DNA of 62,990 nucleotides, counting the filler. It is 4 parts of 4 records of this genome, joined end to end, with 100 filler letters (N's around TTAATTAATTAA, not from the genome) between each part and the next. Parts side by side here need not be neighbours in the genome. Positions count along the whole stretch, not along the records: positions 33,408 to 42,403 come from DRR723986_4055; positions 42,504 to 62,990 come from DRR723986_4058; 2 more parts are not named here. One strand, 5' to 3'. This document shows, piece by piece, positions 38,045 through 48,700 of this stretch (position 1 is its first letter; the number at the start of each line of letters is the position of its first letter). The notes beneath the pieces were generated by a model. It had not been told where the DNA came from, did no database searches, and saw only the letters and a list, made by a program, of their open reading frames with translations. The translations under genes and the position numbers were made by a program.

Positions 38045-38860
38045 ATGACATCCAAGATCTCAGAGTCTCCGCCGAACCAGATGTCCCCACAGCACCGGGC
38101 GAGGCCGGTGGTCAACACAGTGACGGCCGAGGATATTACAGCGTCGCTCAAGGCCGGATTTTCCGACTTTCTGGCACGCCGGGTCATGAGCGGCTTCTTC
38201 GGCCTGTTCTACGCCCTGTTCGGTATTCTCTTCATCTGGGCGCTCGTCTGGCTTGGCAAGATCTGGATGGTCATTCCTGCCGCCGTGGGCTTTCCGCTGG
38301 TCGCCCCCTTCGCCGCCGCCGGGCTTTATGAAATGTCCCGCCGGATGCAGAATGGGGAAAGCTTCGGCTGGTCAGACATTCTCACCGTCATGGCCAATCA
38401 ACGAAAGCGCGAACTGGGCTGGATGGCCTTTACCACCCTCTTCATTTTCTGGGTGTGGGTCTACCAGATCCGGCTTTGGCTGGCGATCATCCTGCAAGAT
38501 GCCTCTTTCTCGGATTTTGATGGATTCCTGAACATCGTATTCTTCACGCCAGAGGGCTGGACCTTCCTTGCCATTGGAACGGTCGTCGGTGCGGGCCTGT
38601 CGGCTGTCCTGTTCTCGGTGACCGTCATCGCAATGCCGATGCTTCTGGACCGGGAGATGGATTTCGTGACCGCCATGCTCATATCCATCCGAGTTGTCAC
38701 GGAAAACAAGGTGGTCATGCTGACCTGGGCCGCGATCATATCGGTGACCCTTTTGCTGTCGCTGGTTCCGGCATTTCTGGGCCTGATCTTCACCCTGCCG
38801 ATCCTTGGGCACACCACGTGGCACCTCTATCGGCGGGCCGTTTCACCGGTGGAGGAGTGA
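38045..38860 (+). CDS. DUF2189-family integral membrane protein
   Basis: GFPLVAPFAAAGLYEMSRR and PILGHTTWHLYRR motifs; GAGGAG before ATG 38045. Confidence 0.85.
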   Translation: MTSKISESPPNQMSPQHRARPVVNTVTAEDITASLKAGFSDFLARRVMSGFFGLFYALFGILFIWALVWLGKIWMVIPAAVGFPLVAPFAAAGLYEMSRRMQNGESFGWSDILTVMANQRKRELGWMAFTTLFIFWVWVYQIRLWLAIILQDASFSDFDGFLNIVFFTPEGWTFLAIGTVVGAGLSAVLFSVTVIAMPMLLDREMDFVTAMLISIRVVTENKVVMLTWAAIISVTLLLSLVPAFLGLIFTLPILGHTTWHLYRRAVSPVEE

Positions 38861-38899
38861 TCATTGATCGGCAGCGCGCTCACCCTGGCAAACCGCTGC

Positions 38900-39349
38900 T
38901 CAATCCTTCTGCGCGACTTCCAGTTCGATCCGCATTTCGCGGATGACGGGCAGGGCGGCCCTTACGCGGTCGGCGCCGACTTCCTGGACGGTGCGGCTGA
39001 GGATGGGGGCGATGGTTTGCAGGGCGGCGTCGCGGGCTGCACGGCCTGAGGGGCTGATCGCCACGAATTTGCGGCGGGCGTCGTCCCAGTCGGGGCGGAT
39101 ATGCACGTGGCCCGCAATCTCCAGCCGGTTGAGCGTATTGGTCATCGCCCCGCGTGTGACGTGAAAAAGCCGCGCCAGTTGCGCCGGGCTGCGTTCCTCG
39201 TTCGACCTTGCCAGGTGGTTCAGCACCGAAAAATGGCTCAGCTCCATCCCCTTGGGCAGCGCCTTGGTCAGCAGGGACCGCGCCAGTTGGTCGGCCATGA
39301 ACAGTTCAGAGAACAGGGCAATGGCTAGGGGATCGTCGTTAGAGCTCAT
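38900..39349 (-). CDS. MarR-family transcriptional regulator
   Basis: SHFSVLNHL, PAQLA..FHVTRGAMTNTL and DWDDARRK motifs. Confidence 0.9.
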   Translation of the reverse strand: MSSNDDPLAIALFSELFMADQLARSLLTKALPKGMELSHFSVLNHLARSNEERSPAQLARLFHVTRGAMTNTLNRLEIAGHVHIRPDWDDARRKFVAISPSGRAARDAALQTIAPILSRTVQEVGADRVRAALPVIREMRIELEVAQKD

Positions 39350-40179
39350 GTCACCAAGGTATAGGGCCGGTCATGTCGGATCGAGGGCACACGCCCCCGT
39401 GCCTTGTCCACCTCTTTGACGTCCAGGTCAATGACATGCAGCCCCGGATCGGTCCCCGCATCCAGCAGAACCTCACCCCATGGGGCCACAACAAGGCTGT
39501 GGCCATGGGTCTGGCGGGGTTTCCCGGTGCTGACCTTGTGGTCGCCTGTCTGGGCCGGTGCGATAACGAAACAACCCGTTTCAATAGCCCGCGCGCGAAG
39601 CAGGGTTTCCCAATGCGCCTTGCCGGTGACGGGGGAGAAGGCGGCGGGCGCGGTCAGCACCTGCGCGCCTGCCTTGGCCAGATCGCGGTAGAGATAGGCG
39701 AACCGCATGTCGTAGCAGATCGACAGGCCGAACCGCGCCCATGGCGTGTCCACCACGACGGCCCGGTCGCCGGGGCGGTAGCCGTCGGATTCGCGGAAGG
39801 TTTCCGTTTCGGTCACGTTCACGTCGAACATGTGGATCTTGTCGTACCACCCGGCAATCTCGCCAGTGCCCGAGATCATAAGGGACCGGTTGGCGAACCG
39901 CCCGTCGGCATCGCCCGATTGCACCCCGAGAGATCCGAGCAACACCCAGATCCCCGCCTCGCGTGCGGCGTCCCGAACTGCGGCAAGGGTGGGGTCGGTG
40001 TCCTGGCGGTGCAGAACCGATGCCTGATGACTGCGGCTTTGCGATACGCAGTTCGTGACCTCTGGCGTCAGAAGAATATCGGCCCCGGCGGATTTGGCAT
40101 CCCGCAGGGCCGACAGCACCGTTGTCAGGTTTTCCCCCGGATCGTCCGAGGAACACATCTGAAGGATCGCGGCGCGCAT
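39346..40179 (-). CDS. Carbon-nitrogen hydrolase (Nit1/deaminated glutathione amidase-like)
   Basis: E-K-C triad contexts TPEV, YDKIHMFD and ICYDMRF; HWETLLRARAIE. Confidence 0.9.
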   Translation of the reverse strand: MRAAILQMCSSDDPGENLTTVLSALRDAKSAGADILLTPEVTNCVSQSRSHQASVLHRQDTDPTLAAVRDAAREAGIWVLLGSLGVQSGDADGRFANRSLMISGTGEIAGWYDKIHMFDVNVTETETFRESDGYRPGDRAVVVDTPWARFGLSICYDMRFAYLYRDLAKAGAQVLTAPAAFSPVTGKAHWETLLRARAIETGCFVIAPAQTGDHKVSTGKPRQTHGHSLVVAPWGEVLLDAGTDPGLHVIDLDVKEVDKARGRVPSIRHDRPYTLVT

Positions 40180-40437
40180 TCAGCTTTGCAGCAGACGGTC
40201 AAGCTTGCCCGCCCGGTCCAGCGCGGCCATGTCGTCATAGCCGCCCACATGGGTCTGACCGACGAAGATTTGCGGCACGGTGTGGCGGCCATTGGCACGG
40301 GCCAGCATTTCCTGCCGCTTTTCCGGCGCGCGGGCCACGTCGTATTCGGAAAAGCTGATGCCCTTGTCGGTCAGCAGCCGTTTGGCCGCGTGGCAATAGC
40401 CACAGAAGGGCGAAGTGTAGATTTCCACTGTCTGCAT
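40180..40437 (-). CDS. grxC: Glutaredoxin 3
   Basis: CGYC, TVPQIF and GGYDD motifs. Confidence 0.93.
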   Translation of the reverse strand: MQTVEIYTSPFCGYCHAAKRLLTDKGISFSEYDVARAPEKRQEMLARANGRHTVPQIFVGQTHVGGYDDMAALDRAGKLDRLLQS

Positions 40438-40475
40438 TGGTCTGGTCCCGAAAATTCGTCCTGTTCGGCCCTTAG

Positions 40476-41198
40476 TTAGGCATCCTTTGCCACGCGCGCT
40501 AGGGATATCACGCGAACGTTCTCTGCGCCCGCATCATGGCAGGCTTGCGCGGCGGCGGCGAACGTCGCGCCAGAGGTCATGACGTCATCGACCAACAGGA
40601 TATCGCGGCCCACCAGTATATGCCCGCGCTTGGGATGCGGGTGGATCGAATCGCGCAGGTTCGCGAACCGCTCTTCCCGGCCCTTGCCATCCTGGCTGGC
40701 CGTTTTTCGGATGCGTTTCAGCGCATCGGGGGCAAAGAAGGCGTGGGTTTCGTTGGCCAGCGCCTGCGCCAGCAGGGCCGACTGGTTCACGCGCCGCCGG
40801 AACAGCCGCCACCAATGCAGCGGAATGGGCACGATCACCGTGTTGTCCGTCATCAGCGGGCCGACCTTGGCCGCCATCCATTTGCCTGCCGCGCGCGCAA
40901 TCGCAGGCTGGTCGCCGTGTTTCAGCCGAAGAACCATCTTTCGCCCGTTGCCGGAATATGTGAAGACAGCGCGGCCCTTGTCCCAGGGCCGTGCGATGGT
41001 CATGCAGTCATCGCAGCGCAGGCCCGGTTCGGGGTCTGATCCGGGCAGGGGCGTACCGCATTGGTCGCAGGAAGGGCCGGTAATGAAGGGCGTATCGCTC
41101 CAACAATTCGCGCACAGGCCGAATTCCGTCTCAACCGGCGCACCGCAACAGACGCAATCGGGCGGAAACACCGCATTCACAGCCGTTTGCAATTTCAT
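40476..41198 (-). CDS. comF: ComF-family protein (zinc ribbon + phosphoribosyltransferase domain)
   Basis: CxxC pairs; LLVDDVMTSGAT. Confidence 0.9.
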   Translation of the reverse strand: MKLQTAVNAVFPPDCVCCGAPVETEFGLCANCWSDTPFITGPSCDQCGTPLPGSDPEPGLRCDDCMTIARPWDKGRAVFTYSGNGRKMVLRLKHGDQPAIARAAGKWMAAKVGPLMTDNTVIVPIPLHWWRLFRRRVNQSALLAQALANETHAFFAPDALKRIRKTASQDGKGREERFANLRDSIHPHPKRGHILVGRDILLVDDVMTSGATFAAAAQACHDAGAENVRVISLARVAKDA

Positions 41199-41222
41199 TC
41201 CGGCCCCCTAGGTTGCTGCGAC

Positions 41223-42095
41223 ATGACCGCCAAGACTGACATGACCCGGCCCAAGCTGTTTGATCAAGGGGCCTTGACCCGCCACCGCGCCCGCGCGCGG
41301 CTGGATCGGGCTGGTTTTCTGCATGAAGAGGCGCGGTTCGAGCTTCAGGAAAGACTGCTCGACGTTAACAGGACGTTTACATCGCCTGCGATTGTTACAC
41401 CCTTCGCCGATTTCTGGGCCGATTTTCTGCCCGGAGCGGTCGTTGTGACGGATTCAGACGTTCTGGCGCTCGACCCCGGCGGTCATGATCTGGTTCTGCA
41501 TGTGATGGGCCTACACTGGGCCGAAGACCCTGTGGGGCAACTGGTGCAATGCCGCCGTGCCTTGAAGCCCGACGGGCTGCTGATGGTCGCGATGCTCGGG
41601 GGGGAGACGTTGCACGAACTGCGCGCGGCCCTGGCGCAGGCCGAAAGCGAGGTTATGGGTGGCCTGTCCCCCCGCATCGCCCCCATGGGCGAGATTCGCG
41701 ACCTTGGGGGCTTGCTAGGCCGGGCTGGCCTGTCGCTTCCCGTGGCGGACCGCCTGCCGCAAAGGGTGACCTATCAGACGCTGTTCCACCTGATCCGAGA
41801 TCTGCGCGAGATGGGTGAAACCAACGCCATGGCCGCGCGCCATAAGGCCACCCCTCCCCGCGCGCTGTTTGCCCGCGCTGCGCAGATCTATGCAGAAAGC
41901 TTCCCTGCCGAGGATGGCCGCATCGCCGCCACCTTTGAGCTGGTCTTTTTGACAGGCTGGTGCCCCCATGACAGCCAGCAAAAACCCCTTCGCCCCGGAT
42001 CCGCCGCCGCGCGGCTGGCCGAGGCGCTGGAGACAACCGAATTCGACGAAACCGCCCGCCCCGTGCCGGCACCACCCAAAAGAGGCCAGGAATGA
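41223..42095 (+). CDS. SAM-dependent methyltransferase (BioC/NDUFAF5-like)
   Basis: LHWAEDP, LKPDG, TLHELR, DLREMGE and ATFELVFLTGW..SQQKPLRPGSA; start 41223 or 41241. Confidence 0.85.
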   Translation: MTAKTDMTRPKLFDQGALTRHRARARLDRAGFLHEEARFELQERLLDVNRTFTSPAIVTPFADFWADFLPGAVVVTDSDVLALDPGGHDLVLHVMGLHWAEDPVGQLVQCRRALKPDGLLMVAMLGGETLHELRAALAQAESEVMGGLSPRIAPMGEIRDLGGLLGRAGLSLPVADRLPQRVTYQTLFHLIRDLREMGETNAMAARHKATPPRALFARAAQIYAESFPAEDGRIAATFELVFLTGWCPHDSQQKPLRPGSAAARLAEALETTEFDETARPVPAPPKRGQE

Positions 42096-42403
42096 CCCAA
42101 GCTCTGCCGCACGCCCCCGCCGATCACCCCCCGGTAAAATTCGGGAAGATTGGCGTTCTTCTCGCCAATCTCGGCACCCCCGACGACTACAGCTACTGGC
42201 CCATGCGCCGCTATCTGAACGAGTTTCTGTCGGATCAGCGCGTCATCGACTACCCGGCGTGGAAATGGCAGCCGATCCTTCAGGCGATCATTCTGACCAA
42301 GCGGCCCTTCAGCTCCGGCGCGGCCTACAAGTCGATCTGGAACCACGACAAGGGCGAAAGCCCGCTGATGACCATCACCAAGGATCAGACCGCCAAAATG
42401 GCC
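42092..42403 (+). CDS. hemH: Ferrochelatase, 3'-truncated by the contig end
   Basis: GVLLANLGTP, RRYLNEFLSD.RV, AYKSIW and SPL motifs. Confidence 0.92.
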
Positions 42404-42503
42404 NNNNNNNNNNNNNNNNNNNNNNNNNNNNNNNNNNNNNNNNNNNNTTAATTAATTAANNNNNNNNNNNNNNNNNNNNNNNNNNNNNNNNNNNNNNNNN
42501 NNN
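42404..42503. other. Artificial contig-joining linker
   Basis: 100 nt of N around TTAATTAATTAA. Confidence 0.97.
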
Positions 42504-42644
42504 AGTAGGCACACTCCGTGTGCCGTTCAAGCGCCGAAAAGTATGCACTCCGTGTGCCGTGAGCCGATCGCAGACGGCAGGCACACTATGTGCGCCTTTG
42601 CCCCCAATCAGTCCTTGGACGGCACGGCGGAGCGTGCCTACTAC
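42504..42644. repeat. Cluster of GTAG-type REP elements
   Basis: AGTAGGCACACTCCGTGTGCCGT (42504-42526), degenerate copy at 42540-42560, inverted copy ACGGCACGGCGGAGCGTGCCTACTAC (42619-42644). Confidence 0.8.
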
Positions 42645-42685
42645 CTTCTGCAATCTCTCGGCGTGCGACTATGGCTTGAATGCGA

Positions 42686-44167
42686 TCAATTTTGCTCTTC
42701 GAACAGCCGCTTGAATTCAGCGTGCACTTCGGGATGCGCGCTTGAAAGGTCTTTGCTCTCACCGGGATCAGCGTCCAAACTGAAAAGCTGCAAAGGTGCG
42801 TCCTTGCCGTAACGCACGGCTTTCCACTTCCCTCGCCGTGCCGCTTGAAAGACATCGCCGACGACGCCCGAATTGGGGTCCCCAACCTGTTTTCCAAATT
42901 CCCAATAGAGCGTCCGTTCTGGAATCGATGTGGGCGAATCATTCAACCGAGGGCGAAGAGAGGTGCCGTTCGTTTTGACTCGGGGTACAGCGGTAAGCGG
43001 CACTCCCGCAAGGTCCGCACAAGTTGGCAGCACGTCGGCGAACAAACATGGTGTTTCGTCAACTCGACCAGTCTGAATTGCCGCTGGCCAGTAAGCGATC
43101 ATCGGCACATGGATGCCACCATCGAACAGGTCTCGCTTCATCCCCTGATAAGGATGCGCCGCCTTGAAGAATTCGGGATCGCCGCCGCCTTCATCATGCG
43201 GCCCGTTGTCGGACGTAAATACGATCAGAGTGTTGTCGGCAATGCCTCGTTGCTCAAGAGTGCGTACGATGTTGCCAACGTAGGCATCCAGCGCGGTGAC
43301 CATGCCAGCCAAAGTTGAACGAGGGCGCTGGACCGGTTCTGGGTAGTACCAAGCGTACTTGTCGGCTGGTTCTCCGGTTGCCATGCCCGTGTAAGGCGTT
43401 TCGTCGAACTCTTCGATGTAAGGCTTGACGAATTCTTCTGGAGCGGCCAATTCAGCGTGGGGAGACGAGAACATCAACATGACAAAGAACGGGTTGTCAC
43501 GATCTGTGTCGATGTAGTTGATCGCCTCGTCTGCGAACAGCTCTTGCGCGTAGGCACCTTTTCGACCAGCTTCATTTTCCTGAATGCGAAGCTTCTTGCC
43601 GTCGCGCCACAGAAAGTGTGGATACTGTCGATGCCCTTCCAGAATGGAGTACATTCCAAACCAAGTATCGAATCCCATCGCCAGCGGGTCGGTCACTCCC
43701 ATCTGCGAACCAATCGAGTATTTGCCAAACAGAGCCGTGTCGTAGCCAGCATGTTTCAGCACGTGAGCGATGGTGACATCGATGTCTCTCAGTTGAACTT
43801 TGTTGCTATTGTCATGCATTAGCCGTCCATCACGCCCAGTAAAAAGCGAAACACGTGACGGCGAACAGACGGTGTTTCCTGCGTATGCCTGCGTGAAGCG
43901 AAGGCCGTTGCCCGCCAGGCGATCCAGGTTCGGCGTCTTGATCGGCGTATCCCCGTAACAACCAAGCTGATTGAAGCCCAGATCATCGGCGAGGATAAAG
44001 ATGATGTTTGGTTTCTCAGCATTCGCTGATTCTGCGTAGACGCAAGATGCGTGCGCTGCGAAGAAACAGGCAGCGGCTACGAATAAAGTTCTGACTCGAT
44101 CGATCGAACGTCTCATGCGAGTTAAGTCCGTAGGGTTGAGCTCTGTTGAAGTAGTCGGTGCCATCAT
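42686..44167 (-). CDS. Formylglycine-dependent (S1) sulfatase
   Basis: [12 protein letters not shown], canonical CSPSR..LFTG, SDNG and GGIHVP; signal peptide. Confidence 0.92.
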   Translation of the reverse strand: MMAPTTSTELNPTDLTRMRRSIDRVRTLFVAAACFFAAHASCVYAESANAEKPNIIFILADDLGFNQLGCYGDTPIKTPNLDRLAGNGLRFTQAYAGNTVCSPSRVSLFTGRDGRLMHDNSNKVQLRDIDVTIAHVLKHAGYDTALFGKYSIGSQMGVTDPLAMGFDTWFGMYSILEGHRQYPHFLWRDGKKLRIQENEAGRKGAYAQELFADEAINYIDTDRDNPFFVMLMFSSPHAELAAPEEFVKPYIEEFDETPYTGMATGEPADKYAWYYPEPVQRPRSTLAGMVTALDAYVGNIVRTLEQRGIADNTLIVFTSDNGPHDEGGGDPEFFKAAHPYQGMKRDLFDGGIHVPMIAYWPAAIQTGRVDETPCLFADVLPTCADLAGVPLTAVPRVKTNGTSLRPRLNDSPTSIPERTLYWEFGKQVGDPNSGVVGDVFQAARRGKWKAVRYGKDAPLQLFSLDADPGESKDLSSAHPEVHAEFKRLFEEQN

Positions 44168-45558
44168 TTTGCCGCCGATTTTAGTTGGTTGAACCGAGTT
44201 CGCATCTCGACCAGTTTTTCTGCGTGTGCCGGATCATCGGCGAGATCGTTTTCCTCGATCGGATCGCGGGTCAGATCGAATAGTTGCTCGCGATCGAACT
44301 CTGGCCAGTAGAAGTACTTCCAATCCTTGCGAACCAGGGCTTCCGAGGCTGGAATGAAGTCAGTGCTCTTGAGCATCGGGTGTTCGTAAAAGAATTCGTT
44401 TCGCCATTCCGCGTTTGAGCCTCCCATGTACAACGCGCTAAGATCCATCCCCTGCATGGTCGTCGGTGCTTCGATTCCTGCTGCAGCGAGAATGGTCGGC
44501 GCAAGGTCAACGTTCAGCGTAAAGTCGTCGTTTGTCGTTCCGGTGATCGTTTCGCCCATCCTGGGATCGTGGATGATCAATGGAACGCGAATGCTCTCTT
44601 GGTGAGGATACCATTTGTCAGCTAAACCGTGCTCGGCGTGGTAATACCCATTGTCTGTTGTGAAGATCACCAACGTGTTCTGGTCGAGTCCCTGCTGTTT
44701 CAACTCTGTAAGAATCCGCCCGCAAGTGCTATCAACTTCGGTCGCAAGCCGATAATAGTTCTTCATCATCGACTGGTATTTCTCAGGAGTGTCGAACCGC
44801 CAGTGCCAACGATTTCGGCCTTCGTTTTTTTCATTGCCGACGAACTCCGGTAGTCTTTTGAACGACTGCTCCGTTGCATTGACTGGCACAGGGATCGTTA
44901 CATCCTCGTACAGGGACATGCTTTTCGGCTGTGGCAAAAACTGTTTCGGATTGCGATCCTCGGCGTGAGTGGCGAAGAATGCTACGGTCAAACAGAACGG
45001 TTTGTCGGAGGGTTTTGTTCTCAGGAACTCCAACGCGTCGTTCTCGTTCTTCTGAGTCACGTGAATTTTGGAACCGTCAGGCTGCTTGATCCAATGGGTC
45101 CCGTAGTACGACCGGCTAAAATCAAACTTATCTTTTGGAATCCGTCCGTTATGCCATTTGCCAACATGCCCGACAAAATACCCGTTGGAGCGCAGTAGCC
45201 CAGGATAAGTTTCGGACCATGGCGTTTCCCAAGGCTTGAACGATCGGTTCCCGTGACGCGACATCCACTGGCCCGTGAAAAGCGACGCTCGACTAATGCC
45301 GCAAATTGACGTGGTCACGCAGTTGTGTGTGAACCGCACCCCACGGCTTGCAAGCTGATCAAGGGTTGGCGTCTTGACGACGGGATTGCCCGCTACACCG
45401 AGCGTGTCATGCCTCCAATCGTCAGCGTACAGAACGAGGATGTTCATCGGCTTCGACTCGGCTGAGGCGGTCTCGGTCGCCATTGAAGCTGTCGGCTTGA
45501 GCATCCCTAGAGACGCGACCAAAAAATACCAGCCAAACGTCCACTGTGTTCTATTCAT
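44164..45558 (-). CDS. Formylglycine-dependent (S1) sulfatase with CxxSR motif
   Basis: [34 protein letters not shown] and HGLADKW; signal peptide. Confidence 0.92.
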   Translation of the reverse strand: MNRTQWTFGWYFLVASLGMLKPTASMATETASAESKPMNILVLYADDWRHDTLGVAGNPVVKTPTLDQLASRGVRFTHNCVTTSICGISRASLFTGQWMSRHGNRSFKPWETPWSETYPGLLRSNGYFVGHVGKWHNGRIPKDKFDFSRSYYGTHWIKQPDGSKIHVTQKNENDALEFLRTKPSDKPFCLTVAFFATHAEDRNPKQFLPQPKSMSLYEDVTIPVPVNATEQSFKRLPEFVGNEKNEGRNRWHWRFDTPEKYQSMMKNYYRLATEVDSTCGRILTELKQQGLDQNTLVIFTTDNGYYHAEHGLADKWYPHQESIRVPLIIHDPRMGETITGTTNDDFTLNVDLAPTILAAAGIEAPTTMQGMDLSALYMGGSNAEWRNEFFYEHPMLKSTDFIPASEALVRKDWKYFYWPEFDREQLFDLTRDPIEENDLADDPAHAEKLVEMRTRFNQLKSAAK

Positions 45559-45705
45559 GAATTGAGTCTCGTTGTTGTCGATCTTGTCTAGCGCGGGGAT
45601 CTGAGTCGATTCTAGCGGAGTTGCAGTTGCAAGTTATTGCCCTCGCGAACCAGGGACGCTGTTTCGCCGTCCACCATTGGTCTTTGAGCGGGACGACGAA
45701 GGAAA

Positions 45706-45781
45706 GTATGCCAGAACAAGGAGCGACGCTGATCCGGCAGTGAGTCTTTGCCGGAGATGCGCTTCGCTTGGTCCGACCTAC
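45706..45781. repeat. Inverted REP doublet (REPIN/BIME-like)
   Basis: GTATGCCAGAACAAGGAGCGACGCTGATCCGGCA (45706-45739), 9-nt spacer, then GTAGGTCGGACCAAGCGAAGCGCATCTCCGGCA on the minus strand (45749-45781). Confidence 0.75.
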
Positions 45782-45797
45782 GGTTCTGATTAACCAA

Positions 45798-48700
45798 TCA
45801 ATTCTCCTCATTGGAGGTTGAACCGTTGGATGCTGTCTTCGTTTCCGAAATCAGCAGCTTGTAGCTTCCGGGCTGGAGTTCGAGGGTTGTGGAATCACTA
45901 GTGGTATTCAGGTCGGATCGTCCAAGTGGCTTTCCGTTCAATTCGACTTGGGAAAAATCTCCGGCGGGAAGCACTACGGTTGCGGTGGTGTTGGGAGGCA
46001 CGACGGCTTCGATGACGATGCCGGCTTCGGTGCGGCGCCAGCCACTCTTGGCCGTTCCGTAGGGGGTTTCCAATTCTGCCGATGCGGACTTCAGCGGTGC
46101 GCCGATTAAGGGCCGAACGAAAAAGTGCTTGTAACCGGCGTTCTTCGGGTCAGGCGAAAGTCCTGCGATGCGTTCGTACATGAACTGGCCGATCGCGCCG
46201 TAAGCGTAGTGGTTGAACGAGTTCATGCTGGCGTCGCCAAAGCCGTCGGCGTGGCTGTAGCTGTTCCAGCGTTCCCACATCGTCGTCGCACCTTGATCAA
46301 TCGAATAGAACCACGACGGATAACTTTCCTTGAACAGTAATTCATAGCAGATGTCGCCGCGTCCAATCGAATCGAAAACCGGAGCCAGCAGCGGTGTGCC
46401 GAGGAATCCGGTCCGCAAGTGTCGATCCGCCTCTTCGAATTTCTCCAGCAGCAACTCGGTGACTCGTTGGCGCTCTCCATCTTCGATCAAGTCGTAGCCT
46501 AAACCCATCAAACAGGCGGTTTGCGTATTCGCGCCGGGATGCACTTCGCCATCGGGGAAGTACTTCGCGGTGAACGCGCGGCGGATGTCAGCATGCATTC
46601 TTTTGTAGCGTTTCGCGTCGGCGTCTTCTCCGAGTGCCGTTGCTGTCCAGCTCATGATCCTTGCGACACGCCCGAAATAAGCCGTTGCAATCAAGTCCTG
46701 AGCCGTGTCGCCCTTCTTGTTTCCGTCCTTGAAATACGGCTGTAGCCAATCGCCCCAGCCGGTCAAATCAGGAATGAAGTCCGTCGATCGATTCTCGTAG
46801 ACGGCAACCCACTTCTGCATCGCAACATAGTTATGTCGCAAGACGCCGATGTCGCCAGTGCGTTCATAGACTTCCCACGGAGCGGTCACGATCACGTCGG
46901 CCCAGCCGGGGCTGGCGTAGCCGAACGGCGTCGAAGGAACCGTGTGAGGAATCTCGCCCTTCTCGTTCTGTTCATCTCGAACACTTCGCAGCCACCGAGC
47001 CCAAAAACTGTGCACGTCGTAATTGAAGCACGATGTCGGCAGGAACGCTTGAGCGTCGCCCGTCCAACCCAGTCGCTCGTCGCGTTGCGGGCAGTCAGTC
47101 GGAATGTCGATGAAGTTGCCGATCTGTCCCCAGCGGATGTTGCTTTGCAGTTGATTCAGCTTGTCGCTGGACGATACGAATTTGCCCGTCGATGGGAAAT
47201 CTGTGTGAAGGACATTGGCGGTCACCGATGCCTTTGTCAGCGCGTCGCCCGCCGAGAGTCCGCTGATTTCGACGTAACGGAATCCGAAGAAGGAAAGCGA
47301 CGGTCGATACTGGAACACGCCGTCCTCGGCCGCAACATAGGTCGCTTGTGAACGCGCGCTGCGGTAGTTCTCGGTATAGAGCGTTCCGTCCTGCTTCAGC
47401 ATCTCGGCAACGCGGATCATGACCTGTTCGCCCGCTTTCACTGGCAAGGTCATGTCGGGAACACCGACCAGGTTCTGCCCAAAATCGAAGACGAATTTGC
47501 CAGGCTCCGGTTCAGTCAACTCGATGGCGGGCAGTCGCTGGGTGACACGAACCGCAGGCAATCGCTTGGGTACGATCAACCGTTTTGACTCCTCCGATGA
47601 TGACTCGACTGGCGATGCTAAGACCGGCTTCCACGCGGAATCGTCATATCCCGACTGAGTCCAATTGCCCAGCCGCATCGACGCGTCGTAATCCTCGCCA
47701 TGGTAGTAGCCGCCGGCGCGAATCGGCCCCCGGTCGGTGCCTTTCCATGACCGGTCAGTGACGATTGTTTCGGTGCGACCGTCTGCATAAGTCAATTCCA
47801 ATTGCCCGAGCAACTTGGGAGTCAGTGCCAGCAGGTCTTTTCGCTTTCGCAGCAACAGATTGCCCGCGTACCAGCCTTCACCCAGCACCGCTCCGATCGC
47901 ATTGTCGCCTTCGCGGATCAAGTGCGTGACGTCGTAAGTCAGCGATTCAACTCGCTTTGAATAGGTCGTATAGCCGGGACTCAGCACGTCATCACCGACT
48001 CGCTGGCCGTTGATCTTGAACTCGTAGATTCCAAGAGCCGAAGCGTACAGCCGCGCCTTGACGATTTTCGACTTCACGGCAAAATCGCGACGAAGGTAGT
48101 AACCCGGCTGCGCGGTGAGCGACGGGTAAGGATTGAACGAACCGTTGTTGGGGACCGTCGCAGTGAGTTTCTTTCCGTTGACTTCATATTCGACCCAAAG
48201 CGATTTCTGCATGCCTGGAGCCGGATCGCCGCCCAGCCGAGCAGGCTTGACGCGAATTGCTGTGACTCCGTTCCGAATCGCGCCGTTGAGTCGATCCTTC
48301 ACATCGGCAACTTTCGCAGCCTCGCGATTTCCGTACTCCGCCTTGACCACGACGACCTTGTCAGGCATCGGCATTTCGCGATCGACTTCGATCCAATCGG
48401 CTTGCCAGTCTGAATTGTTCAGCAGGCCCATTTCTATCGTCGCGTCCGAGCTCCAATCAGATTCATTGCCTTGATCGTCCCAGAACTTGACTTTCCACGC
48501 GAGTCGCTGACGAGATCCAAAGGCAGGTCCACCGTACGCAACCCAAACGGATTGGACTGAATCGACCTTGCCCGAATCCCAGATCAATCGCGTTGGGTCC
48601 GCGCTGTCAGAAACCACAATGCGATAGGCGGTTTGCGACTGCAGATCAGTCTCGACCGGTAACTTCCATGAAAACACGGGTGACGAGTTGTAGAAACCGA

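Noticed and set aside
41223-42095. Methyltransferase apparently lacking a GxG SAM motif
   Set aside because: As I recall, this shortened region is usual for the Rhodobacteraceae orthologue beside comF and hemH; not evidence of novelty.
14589-42503. TTAATTAATTAA occurring three times as a biological repeat
   Set aside because: Each copy is centred in an identical 100-nt N block; it is a synthetic six-frame-stop spacer.
42504-42644. Possible mini CRISPR array
   Set aside because: Units are degenerate, in mixed orientation and irregularly spaced, with no cas genes; fits REP elements.
45551-45811. 86-aa and 61-aa ORFs between the GH78 and the sulfatase
   Set aside because: They run through the REP doublet and have no protein-like features.
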